Positions 26,941 to 39,576 of a stretch of 64,000 nt of DNA are shown here, piece by piece (positions within the stretch are counted from its first letter, which is position 1; every line of letters starts with the position of its first letter). Below the pieces are notes generated by a model. That model was not told where the DNA came from, ran no database searches, and saw only the letters and a program-made list of their open reading frames with translations. The stretch is from Octopus vulgaris (Eukaryota), in contig OX597818.1 of assembly GCA_951406725.2 (NCBI GenBank), forward strand, positions 89,962,001 through 90,026,000, written 5' to 3'. The position numbers and the translations under genes were made by a program.

Positions 26941-27180
26941 GATAAATTTAGATTCAGTAGGGTATATAATACCACTTGCTAAAATCATACAGAAGGTGAA
27001 ATCAATAGGTATTGAAATACACATTACTTACTTATGTATTCAACGCAAAGGTAAGCCTATTTCTCATATGTTCATTGCATTGTTCGTGTGTATCTTTATT
27101 GTGAGTTTCTGGTGATTTTGGAGCCTTGGCTCTGATTTTAGCAAGTGGTACTATATACCCTACTAAATCTAAATTTACCC
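26941..27180. repeat. Foldback (~50-bp arms) next to (TA)n
   Basis: GATAAATTTAGATTCAGTAGGGTATATAATACCACTTGCTAAAATCA pairs with 27133-27180. Confidence 0.8.
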
Positions 27181-27526
27181 TATATATATATATATATATA
27201 ATGAATATACATAGGTAATATATATGTATATATAAATATATGGACATATATAGACATACATATATGCAAATAAACATATGCACACACATGCATAGTGGCA
27301 CACACATACACACTCACTGAAACTTATATGAAATACGACTGCAGGAATATTTCTCAAATGTGCTCAGACAATAAATTTATAATGCTATGCCATAAGGAGA
27401 ATCCATAAGAATATCTGTACTTTTAGATTTGTTTGTCTACAGGAACAATTCCAAAAATTAATCAGATTGTGCATTGATTGAAATAAAGCAATAATGCCTC
27501 ATCTATCGTTATGTGTAATGATGTTG

Positions 27527-27587
<61 letters not shown>

Positions 27588-27748
27588 TGATAACAGGTAT
27601 AATATTTTTTTGAATAGTCATCGTCATCTCTTTCTTCCTTAATATTCTAAGCATTGCATATATGATATACATAAATGAATATGTGTGTGCGTGTGTGCGT
27701 GTAGGTGTGTGTGTAGATATTCAGAATATTAACGATGAAAGAATTATT

Positions 27749-27819
<71 letters not shown>

Positions 27820-27893
27820 CGTATACATACATATACACATATATATGTATAGATATATATATACACACATATATATATTATATATATGTATGC

Positions 27894-27925
<32 letters not shown>

Positions 27926-27964
27926 TTTATATATATAGATATAGATGTAGGTGTAGATATAGGT

Positions 27965-28026
<62 letters not shown>

Positions 28027-28260
28027 GAATATACAATTGAAACACCATCTTGAATTCCGAGATTACCGCTGATTGAATATCACAATTCGTACGCAATATC
28101 TCTTATACCCTTCCCTCCCCCCCACTCCTACATTGCTCTTTTCCTCATTTTTCTTTTTCCACTGTCCCCAACTACTTTTCTGTCTATTCCCTCTCCATGC
28201 CAGGCCTTTATTCTTTCTTCACGAATCTCCATCTTATAAAGTTCCATTCCATATTTTCCA

Positions 28261-28458
28261 GAGGGGACAAACAAGGACAGACATAGATATTAAACCAATT
28301 ACATCGACCCCAGTGCGTAACTGGTACTTAATTTATCGACCCCGAAAGGATGAAAGGCAAAGTCGACCTCGGCGGAATTTGAACTCACAACGTAACGCAG
28401 ACGAAATACCGCTAAGCATTTCGCCCGGCGTGCTAACGTTTCTGCCAGCTCGCCGCCT
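28261..28458 (-). mobile_element. SINE family A
   Basis: Near-consensus copy beginning AGGCGGCGAGCTGGCAGAAAC on minus. Confidence 0.9.
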
Positions 28459-29299
28459 ATACCACCTGACTTCTCGCTTTCCGAGATGAAAGCCCACTTC
28501 TCAGTAGGGATATCCGCTTCATACCTTTCCCACCCACAATGACGAATTTCTAACCCGTACCTACTTCAAGTAGTTCCTAGTACTGCACAAAATTGTGAAA
28601 CTTCTTCCAAGGCTATTCCCAAAACACCTAACAGACAAAAGTGCTTTTCAGACCTGGGTCGCTGCCCATCCAACTGGACGGCGCTGTCTGAACAGTTGAG
28701 CAACCTGCACGAATAAGCATCAATTTGTGCCAGCGCATGTAACCCCGCACTGAACCAAATATTCTTAACCTTTCATAGTCATCCGTGCTGATGTCTCGTC
28801 CCACACAACCTCCGACGCTACAATGACATAAAACAGGTTGACAAATGAAGACAGTGGTAGTCTGATGAACCGACCTCTATAGGGCAGGGACACTCCAACA
28901 GCTACGTAACACCACCTTGTACTGCTTCTTGCCCTTCAACCTCACGTCCATCTGCTACCCGTGAATTCGTCTCCTCTTCCTCTTCCCACTCTATTGCCAA
29001 CAACATCTATTTCTTTCCCCAAAATGAATAAGCCTGGCGGCCTTAGCCACTCCATGGTTTCCTCCTGTAATTACCCAAGCGAAGCACCTCCTCTTCATTC
29101 TTTCACTCTTAGTTCCTTCCCTCCTGTTTCACATCTATGACACCATTCATGCCCTTTTATTCTTCAACCCTTTTTCCTGCCCTTCTCGCTTTCTCTTCAC
29201 TGTAGTTATTGGTCATTAAATCTCTTTATAATGTCATCTCTCATAACAACAACCTCTAAGCTTTCCAAAATTTTCTCAGTTATCGCATCACCCTTCAGC

Positions 29300-29445
29300 C
29301 ACTAGCATAGCTGGAGTGTGTGCCACCCGGGGTGGCCCTTTCCTTTGCCGCCACCGAGCCCCACAAAAAACACATATTGCCTACAGCAGACCCAAAAGTG
29401 CCGCCCGGGGCGGACTACCCTTACCCCCACCCAGATACGCTAGAG
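29300..29445. mobile_element. hAT-like MITE
   Basis: TIRs CACTAGCATAGCTGG / CCAGATACGCTAGAG; 8-bp TSD CCTTCAGC / CCTCCGGC; internal GTGCC.CCCGGGG repeats. Confidence 0.6.
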
Positions 29446-30202
29446 CCTCCGGCTCAGTACGCACGCCATTTGCAACCTAGCTGAACTAGTGCTCCCCTTC
29501 ACTGTGCTTTCACGGACGAACTCTATCAATAGGTACGTGGGGTCACAAAGGAAACGAGAAATGAATGGCCCCAGCTATGTCAACCTATTCGTTGGCAACA
29601 TCGAAGTCCAAATTTTCTCACAATTCACAGGATAGGGCTTAGAACTATACAGTCATATAAAAGACGGTCGTATCAACTCCACTTCCCTCTCCCGTGAACA
29701 ACAGAATACTTTCATTTCAAATGTCACTTCCTTCTGCCTTCCCTCTGTCATCTCGGAAACCTCCATGAGGTTTCTACTCAGTAGTATTTCCATACCTCTA
29801 TCAACCACCTTGATCACACTCTTACCGCTACTGCCTTCTATCGAATCCCATTGAATCCGGCTCTTATTTTGATGTTACTTCCTCTCAAACTAAACGAGCC
29901 ATCAACTCGCTCCCTATTCTGCCTTCTCCGCTGTTAGTTCAGCCGCGATCAAAACTTTTATAAACTTATCCACTCATCCATCTTTCCACATCAATCCGGT
30001 CATCCCTTACATGCGATTCATCCGTTTCTGCCATAAATGCAGCTGTGACCAAGACTCTGAGCTCTTGTCATAATACATGTTCCGTCTCTTGGTTCGATGT
30101 GAATATCCTCCCACACAAGTCCAATCCACCCTGATCCAAACCCGCTAAATAGACTATACTCTCTTCCTCGCAACGGTCCGACTCCCACCTGATACTCTTT
30201 CC

Positions 30203-30894
30203 GGATCTTTACCTTTTTGAGCGACAGATTTAAAAAATAATTTTTTGTAACTAAACACTTTCAAACTTCAGACATTGGTAGAATTTGTCATATAAAACAT
30301 CTTTTGCTCTTAGCGTTCTTGAGAAAAGCTTATATTTAGGAAGTTATTTTACGTTAAAGTTGTAGTATTTCGGTAATTTCAACCAATCAATGACGTGTAT
30401 TCAGCTGAATAAAATTAATGCTGTTATTTGTCAACAAGAACTTCCGGCAGTGTATATTTCGTTATTTATGACAACCCTAACCATAAAACCTTAACCCTAA
30501 CATCCTAACCCTAAAACACTAACCCTAACCATAAAACCTTAACCCCAACTCTAAAACCTTAACCCTAACCCTAACCCTAAAACCATAAAGCTAAAACCAG
30601 TACAAACTCACGAACGATGTCATAAATAACAATGACAAACGAAAAATACACCGCCGATAGTTGTTGACAGACACCAGCAGTAATTGTATTCAGCTGAATA
30701 CACTTCATTGATTGGTTGAAATTACTGAAATACTACAACTTTAACGTAAAATAACTTCCTAAATATAAGCTTTTCTCAAAAACGCTAAGAGCAAAAGATG
30801 TTTTATATGACACATTCTACCAGTGTCCGAAGTTTGAAAGTGTTTAGTTACAAAAAATTATTTTTTAAATCCGTCGGTCAAATGGTAAAGATCC
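30203..30894. mobile_element. Long-TIR MITE (~270-bp TIRs, GG..CC termini, perfect 8-bp TSD) with (TAACCC)n-like core
   Basis: CTCTTTCC at 30195-30202 and 30895-30902; termini GGATCTTTACC / GGTAAAGATCC; core ~30473-30600 of CCCTAA variants. Confidence 0.9.
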
Positions 30895-31114
30895 CTCTTT
30901 CCTCTCCTTTCCACCCCTCCATCCTACCTCTCCATCTTTAAACCATTTGTGCCTCCTTCAATATAATCCTACAACCCTCTCCTATTTCCAAATGCACTTC
31001 TTTCAAGCATGTTCTACTCGGCATGTGCCTCCCCTCTTCTCTTCAGCCTTTCACGGATCCTCCTCTTCTTCCCGACCCCGATGTCACACTTTTCCTTTCC
31101 TTACCATAATCACC

Positions 31115-31402
31115 TGTAGTGACGCCATTTTGGAAGTCTTCTGCGCGCATGTGCAGAGTTGGATTCTTCCGGGAGGCCTGCGGGAAGTTCCCTCATGCGC
31201 ATGCGAAGAGAACTAGCAGCAGAAAAAACTTCCCGCGTATCGCTCTCTCGAAGCTGACAGCCGAATTCAACGGACGCGTCTTCACAGCTCTACCAAGCTG
31301 CCACCACGTGGCGAAGCTACACTATGCTGGAACGAGACAGCATTTTGTTCACACCACTTAACTACAGCGACTAGCTCCATGGCTACCGGTTCGCCCCGAA
31401 GG

Positions 31403-31460
<58 letters not shown>

Positions 31461-31578
31461 TATTGCGAATCCAGAAAAAGAAAAATATTTATGTTGTTGA
31501 AGATATTCGAAGTCTTGGCTTTTCCTTCGACAAATACTTTAATGTAAGGGATGAGACCTGCACCCGTCAAGTGTTACA
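31115..31578. mobile_element. Probable solo LTR
   Basis: TGTAG...TTACA termini, flanks CACC/GACC (3 of 4 match), interrupts the PLE relic; GC-rich 5' half. Confidence 0.6.
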
Positions 31579-32223
31579 GACCTTTCATCCTGTTACAACC
31601 ACTTTTACAGACGCAACCATTGCCCTTTCCACATTTCTGATTCGCCCATCTGCACTTCTACGGGCTTCATTTACTGTTTAAAGTGTTCCATCTGCGACGC
31701 CTTGTACTTCAGTCAAAACCAGCAGCTGTTTAGCCGACCGATTTACGGAACAGCTTCGTGACATCTGTTTGGAAACCATACTTCAGTCGTTTGCTACTTC
31801 TATTTCACTAACTACTCTACACAACAATTCACAATGCTAGACACTGAATATACACGATTCTTGGCTTTGCAGAGAGCAAAGTTTTATTTTCTTCAATTCA
31901 CCATCCTACATCCTCTAACATCGCGTCCTGCACCCCGTACCTACACCCCCAAATCTCCACTCACTACCATCCATTGACGACACAAAATATCAATATTCGT
32001 GTCAAATACATGAACACACTAGCACATTACAATAAGATAGAGGCAATTTTGCATCTACATAGGCGTAGGAGTGGCTGTGTGGTAAGTAGCTTGCTTACCA
32101 ACCACATGGTTCCGGGTTCAGTGCCACTGCATGGCACCTTCGGCAAGTGTCTTCTACTATAGCCTCGGGCCGACCAAAGCCTTGTGAGTGGATTTGGTAG
32201 ACGGAAACTGAGAAAAACCCGTC

Positions 32224-32312
<89 letters not shown>

Positions 32313-32447
32313 GGTCCCGGGTTGAGTCGGGGTTAACCACAGTAAATAAGGTACTCAATACATAGCAGAGTAAATTAATTTATTTATATACCGGAGGAGG
32401 ACTAATACATACAGGACTAGAACTGTTTCATTCAAAAGAAATCATCA

Positions 32448-32503
32448 GGAAGCTTCCTGATGATTTCTTTTGAATGAAACAGTTCTAGTCCTGTAGAAGC
32501 TCC
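32448..32503 (+). ncRNA. Complete type I hammerhead ribozyme overlapping an 86-bp perfect palindrome
   Basis: AGCTTC-CTGATGA-TTTC-TTTT-GAAT-GAAACAG-TTCTAGTC-CTGTA-GAAGCT; GUA cleavage triplet. Confidence 0.8.
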
Positions 32504-32520
32504 TTCTATAAAATAAATAA

Positions 32521-32564
<44 letters not shown>

Positions 32565-32570
32565 CTACAT

Positions 32571-32980
32571 AGGCGTAGGAGTGGCTGTGTGGTAAGTAGC
32601 TTGCTTACCAGCCACATGGTTGCGGGTTCAGTCCCACTGCGTGGTACCTTGGCCAAGTGTCTTCTACTATAGCCTCGGTCGACCAAAACCTTGTGAGTTT
32701 ATTTGGTAGACAGAAACTAAAAGAAACCCGTCGTATATATATGTATGAATGTGTGTATATGTTTGTGTGTCTGTGTTTGTCCCCCCCCCGCCCCCAACAT
32801 CACTTGACAACCGATGTTGGAGTGTTTACGTCCCCGTAAGTTAGCGGTTCGGCAAAAAGTGACCGATAGAATAAGTACTAGGTTTACAAAGAATAAGTCG
32901 TGGGGTCGATTTGCTCGACTAAAGGCGGTGCTCCGGCATGGCCAAAGTCAAATGACTGAAACAAGTAAAAGAGTAAAGAG
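32571..32980 (+). mobile_element. Full-length SINE family B (a further 5' half at 32061-32225)
   Basis: Complete family B match. Confidence 0.9.
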
Positions 32981-34301
32981 TATACATCTACTGACATACA
33001 CACAGACCCGTATATAAAGCAGACCTTAACAGCCATGCGCATATACGCAATCGTATAGACATACATACGTATTACATATAAACAACCGCACACATCGAAT
33101 AATTATTCATATCAAATACACAAATACACACTCATTACAACCAGACAGACGCATATTCCTATCCACAGAAACACACAAATATCTGCATACACACAAACAT
33201 ACACATCTGCATCCATACGAACACACACATATCTGCGCCACACAAACATACACACATATCTACATCTACACAAATATACACATACACACATACATATCTG
33301 TGCCACACAAATATACACATATCTACATCTACATAAACACACACATATATGCATCCATACAAACACACATATCTGCATACACACAAGCCTCTACATATAG
33401 CAGACATACACAAACACGTGCATATGCAGTCACATATACACACATACAAACAACATATAGGCCACCACGTATTCTCGATCCAGTTCTTATCATTTCGGTT
33501 ATCGGTCATCACCACACGAACACACAGACACATTCACAACACAATACGCATTTCTGCATCATCACACACACACACACACACATACAGATGCACACACACA
33601 CACACACACACGCACGCGCGCAGACATGTGCAGATAAACACACATGTGACAGACGCTCAGGACACATGACACAAAGAGTCACGAACCCAAAAAAAAAAAC
33701 GCTTCTTCGTAACTTTTACACACAAATACAAACATATAGACCCATCAACACACACACTAATAAATTCCAGTCCTTCAATTTGCCCCCAAGCCCCAAAATA
33801 CCCCATCTAGAACACTCTTTATTTCCGGTCACAGAGAATGGCGAAACACGTAGATCAATACCACGTGACTTCTCTCACATGAGTTCCTTTCCTGTTTTTA
33901 CTTCTTTCTTTTTTCAGTTTCTTTCGGTGCTTCTTCCTCTATTCTACTCTCGGAACAAGGACCATATCCCAAACGTTGTAACCATTAACATTCTCCTTGT
34001 TTTCGAGTGGTGCGCACACGCTCCCGACGGCCACTTCTATTCCTGAATGATACTCAGAAGCGGGTGCTAACATCAATGCATATTTGCATGGATTACCACT
34101 TAAGAATCCCGTTAATCCTTGTATTTGTGGGGCTAACCAACTTTTATGTACAGTTTTAGAAAACGGAGCTCTTTATCGGGAAAGGGCCTTTTTACTTGTT
34201 TTTTTTTTTTTTTTGCTTTAAAAGTATATTGGCCCATGCCCTTTGCGGGCCCTACAAGACCAGCGTGGTTGATGTCATTTATGTTCGGTTTAAACTATTG
34301 C

Positions 34302-34534
34302 GAGAAGGCGTGTTGGCAGAAACGTTAGCACGCCGGGCGAAATGCTTTGCGGTATTTCGTCTGCCGCTACGTTCTGAGTTCAAATTCCGCCGAGGTTGAC
34401 TTTGCCTTTCATCCTTTCGGGGTCGATTAAATAAGTACCAGTTACGCACTGGGGTCGATATAATCGACTTATTTCGTTTGTCTATCCTTGTTTGTCCTCT
34501 CTGTGTTTAGCCCCTTGTGGGTAGTAAAGAAATA
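34302..34534 (+). mobile_element. SINE family A with 15-bp TSD
   Basis: GGTTTAAACTATTGC at 34287-34301 and 34535-34549. Confidence 0.92.
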
Positions 34535-34959
34535 GGTTTAAACTATTGCAGGTCAACATCTGCAGAAAAGACAGGAGCATGGAGAAGCTTCCGAAAGTGC
34601 ATTATTCTGTGAGACGAACTGGGCAAAATGGTTTGTGCTGGGACGTCGAGGTTGAACAGACCAAGAGTAACGAGAAGCAGAAAAATGAGTGAGACGGGTC
34701 TACCTGCACGATAAAGACCCGAGATCAGCCTGCTTGGACGAACTATTATAGTGCTGAGTGTTTTTTCCTTAGTACTTTAAAAGTTGGCATGAACATCTAT
34801 CTATTCACTGATGATGTTGACTCTTAAAGAGGTTATTAGCAAAAGCAGAGTTGTAGTTTTGGATGTTCTACAAGAAATGCCATCAGCTGGTGGATCAGCA
34901 ACAACTTGTAGCATAACTTTTCTCCTGGAAGAGTACATTACAACTGTTTTATTTCTATA

Positions 34960-35346
34960 CTAGCAGCATAGCCCGGCGTTGCCCGGGTATGTAAGAGCCC
35001 CTAGTAGGCAACGACTAATCCCAATCTAGTTCTTTCCCTCTAGGGAACGAAGGCGCATGTGTAGGTTGCAACGTCTTCTCTTCACTCGAACACTTCTATG
35101 TATACGATGTTCCTAGCTGTCTCCCGACAGAAAATGTGTTGCATATAAAAAGCTTAGATTCTCGACCCCATGTCGAATTTATCGATTTTTTTCAAAACTG
35201 GAGGAACTTTTCAAAATTTTCGCTGCGTTAGTTTTGAATTATGACATTGGGCTATGTGTGTGTCAAGTTTCATCAGAATCGGTCAGGGTGAGGGTACAAC
35301 CTGACAGACACACAGACAGACAAACTGCCGTTTATATATAGAGAGA
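34960..35346 (-). mobile_element. Non-autonomous Helitron
   Basis: On minus: A|TCTCTCTATATATAAAC.. 5' end, 3' hairpin CCCGG-GCAACG-CCGGG and CTAG|T. Confidence 0.75.
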
Positions 35347-35687
35347 TATGGGCCAAGCCTGAATTTCGAGATGGCGCCAATAGAAATTATATTTTTATAA
35401 GCATTACCATGTCCAGGATCATAGGTGAAAACATTTCACTCCCATTGCTCATGTGTGTAAGGCTAAGATGCAAACACTGCTCAGCTTAATGTTACCCTGG
35501 GGCGGTTGTGGGCTTTTATAGTGCTTGGTAGCATTTTTATAAAGGTACACGAGTCGTTCAACAGGCAACCCCAGTTGTCTCTACATACCTTGTCTACTTG
35601 CCTAATTAATTTCTGTTGATGACGAATCTGTCGGTCATAAGGGCCTCCAACTGTGTATTTATCAAGAATATCTGTTCGTTTTCATAT

Positions 35688-36077
35688 ACTCTTTTACTTG
35701 TTTCAGTCATTTGACTGTGGCTATGCTGGAGCACCGCCTTTAGTCGAGCAAATCGACCCCCAGGACTTATTATTTGTAAGCCTAGTACTTATTCTATTGG
35801 TATCTTTTGCCGAACCGCTAAGTTACGGGGACATAAACACACCAGCATCAGTTGTCAGGCGATGTTGGGAGAGGTGGACAAACACAGACACACAAACATA
35901 CACACACACGTACATATATATATATATATACACATATATACGACGGACTTCTTTCAGTTTCCGTCCACCAAATCCACTCACAAGGCTTTGGTCGGCCCGA
36001 GGCTATAGTAGAAGACACTCGCCCGGAACCATGTGGTTGGTAAGCAAGCTACTTACCACACAGCCACATCTACGCCT
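35688..36077 (-). mobile_element. SINE family B
   Basis: Family B match with a small internal deletion. Confidence 0.88.
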
Positions 36078-36427
36078 ATGTTCACTTTTGATGTCAAATT
36101 TCCCGCAAGTTACATTCCCGGAAGCACAAGCCTGCAATTTTTTGGTGTTGCTGTTCAACTGTCGTTGCTCGTGTGTTTCTGGTACTTGGCAGCAGAGAAC
36201 GTTGTGTAAACGTTGGACCGTTCGTTGGTTTTGATGGAAATATCTTCGGTGGCAAATCGTTTATAAAAGGGAACGCTACTTTTAGTTGCGACAGTAACCT
36301 GGATTTAAACCTACAACTGAAAAATGACGTAGAAGCAGATTTTGTTTAAACGAAGAGTCGACTTTTGTGTATGCGAGTTTAAATTACGATCACAATTTAA
36401 TATATTCTGTTTGTTTTCTTTTCGTTC

Positions 36428-36610
36428 CTTATAATTTAACACACTCACCGATAAAATTTCCACTAATTATTTTTATTTTCCTAAAATTTTCGTTGCGTCT
36501 TGCAACCTTTAGAGTCAAGAATATTGAAAAGGTTGCAAGACGCAACGAAAATTTTAGGAAAATAAAAATAATTAGTGGAAATTTTACCGGTGAGTGTGTT
36601 AAATTATAAG
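36428..36610. repeat. 83-bp-arm foldback carrying a hammerhead-like motif (36521-36558, +)
   Basis: Arms 36428-36510 and 36528-36610; TTGAAAA-G-GTTGC-AAGAC-GCAAC-GAAAATTT-TAG, stem I weak. Confidence 0.8.
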
Positions 36611-37358
36611 ACACAAAAAGAAAATGACTCTCCCCAGACACAACAGAATATGCTTCAACACACGAACTCATATAAAGAATCTTACAAACCAAATCCAAAA
36701 ACGAAATTTAATATAGATTTCCCTTTTATGGGTGGTTCGTTAGACATGATTGAAAACAATTGCAAGTTTAAGAGAATCTGAGAAGGACTAGAGTTGAAAT
36801 TGCAAAGGCAAACGAAAGACACAAAAGATTTTGTTAATTTGAGCGACAGATGATATGAAAATGTAAACAAAAAGAGAGGAACGAGAGATAAGAGAAACTG
36901 GAAAGATAGGGCATAGGGAAAGAGGGGGAGAAATATAGAAGGCAAGAGAGAAACAGAGCACTGACAGAGTGAGAGACAGAAAATATAATGTGTGTGTGTG
37001 TGTTTTATTAAAAGTTGAAGATTCTTGAATAATTATTCTGAATGATTGAGAAAGAGTATCAAAGTGACTATATCTATACAATCAAAATATTTGCAAACAC
37101 TTGAAAATACGATTAATCGTCGAAATTCGATTGGTTTCCTAAAACCTTTGGGCAACGCATCACACATTCATCTTTACAATTGTAATACGCAGAACGCGTA
37201 ATATATTCACATATTCATATCCAAAAGCGCGTAATTTCCCCGAGTGTTTTGTATCACATGTCTAAAATACACACAACAACAAATGAAGCAGCTCTTATCA
37301 ACATTTTAGTGTTGAAAGCTGAATAGTTTCTTTTACGAATTTGTAACTCATTCTTAGC

Positions 37359-37393
<35 letters not shown>

Positions 37394-37441
37394 TTATATA
37401 TATATTTATATATATATATATATATCTATATATATATATAT

Positions 37442-38441
<1,000 letters not shown>

Positions 38442-38504
38442 TGAAAGAAGGGCACTCATCACTTTTATTGGGAGTTACATGTATGAATCAAAAAAAGTTT
38501 AATT

Positions 38505-38631
38505 AAAATTCCTTCAGTACTTAAAGTTTCAAAGCGTGATGCTTGTCCTCAGCCTTTGGAAATTTGATTCAAATTTCCAGTTGCTGAAGATTAACATCAT
38601 GCTTTGAAACTTTAAATACTAAAGGAATTTT
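38505..38631. repeat. Old foldback of a hammerhead-like motif
   Basis: Minus arm CTGAGGA-C-AAGC-ATCAC-GCTT-T-GAAACTTTAAGTA; plus arm CTGAAGA..GAAACTTTAAATA; stem I decayed. Confidence 0.6.
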
Positions 38632-39342
38632 GAAGACACTGTTATGATCCACGCACACACACACACGCTTCGTGAGACGTGAATTAATGCTTTCCTCATA
38701 TACATTGGTGTAAGGGAGATTTTTTTTTAAGATGTAGTTTCCCGGCGTTCTACATCCATTGAGGTCGATTTTGTACCAATTTGTCGGTAAAATAAAGCAC
38801 CGAGGTCGATGCTATCGAGTAACTTCCTCCTCTCAAAATTGTTAACCTTGTGCTAGAAGCCATTATTATTATTATTGTTGTTAGGCGCACATTGCCCTCT
38901 ACCAGTCGGGTAATGCTGTCGAATGAAGTTTCACTGTAGCAATATAAAGAGAACTAGTAGTTGTTAGTGCGAGGGTGTTCTCGGGGAAAGTCGTGGCGTC
39001 GATGACAAGTAAGTGATCTCGTCTGGAAAACTTTTGAGTCGGATCTACTATGGGTAACTTCCAGAAATCCTTGGCGCGGCTGTCTTGCCGAGGGTTACAG
39101 CTGGTTCGAGATAAGTTCTACAAGCATTGAAGCGCTGCCAAGTGGGACTGTCCAAGATGCGTGCAGGGTGACGGGAAGTACTGCAAACGTTCGTGTAGTG
39201 TCCGAACATAGCTGACTTGTAGAGTTATATTGACCAGCTGTTGCTGCATATAGGACAAATGTGGTCATCAACCGAGTCCATCCCGAGGCATTGACCCACT
39301 ACACGCCTTTAACGTGATGCGGTAGGCGGTATTCATCTGTCT

Positions 39343-39576
39343 ATAGGCGGCGAGCTGGCAGAAACGTTAGCACGCCGGGTGAAATGCTTAGCGGTATTTC
39401 GTCTGTCGTTACGTTCTGAGTTCAAATTCCGCCGAGGTCGACTTTGCCTTTCATCCTTTCGGGGTCGATAAATTAAGTACCAGTTACGCACTGGGGTCGA
39501 TGTCATCGACTTAATACCTATGTCTGTCCTTGTTTGTCCCCTCTATGTTTAGCTCCTTGTGGGTAATAAAGAAATA
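39343..39576 (+). mobile_element. SINE family A with 15-bp TSD
   Basis: GGTATTCATCTGTCT at 39328-39342 and 39577-39591. Confidence 0.92.

Larger units (their letters stand above)
29960..31895 (+). pseudogene. Old PLE relic (Neptune-like thumb + GIY-YIG) interrupted by a MITE and a solo LTR
   Basis: IPYMRFIRFCHKCSCDQD near 30002; ICTSTGFIYCLKCSICDALYFSQ..LADRFTEQLRDI from 31648; REQSFIF near 31871. Confidence 0.7.

Noticed and set aside
30473-30600. True telomere or chromosome fusion site
   Set aside because: The repeats are degenerate, single-orientation and enclosed within a TSD-flanked MITE.
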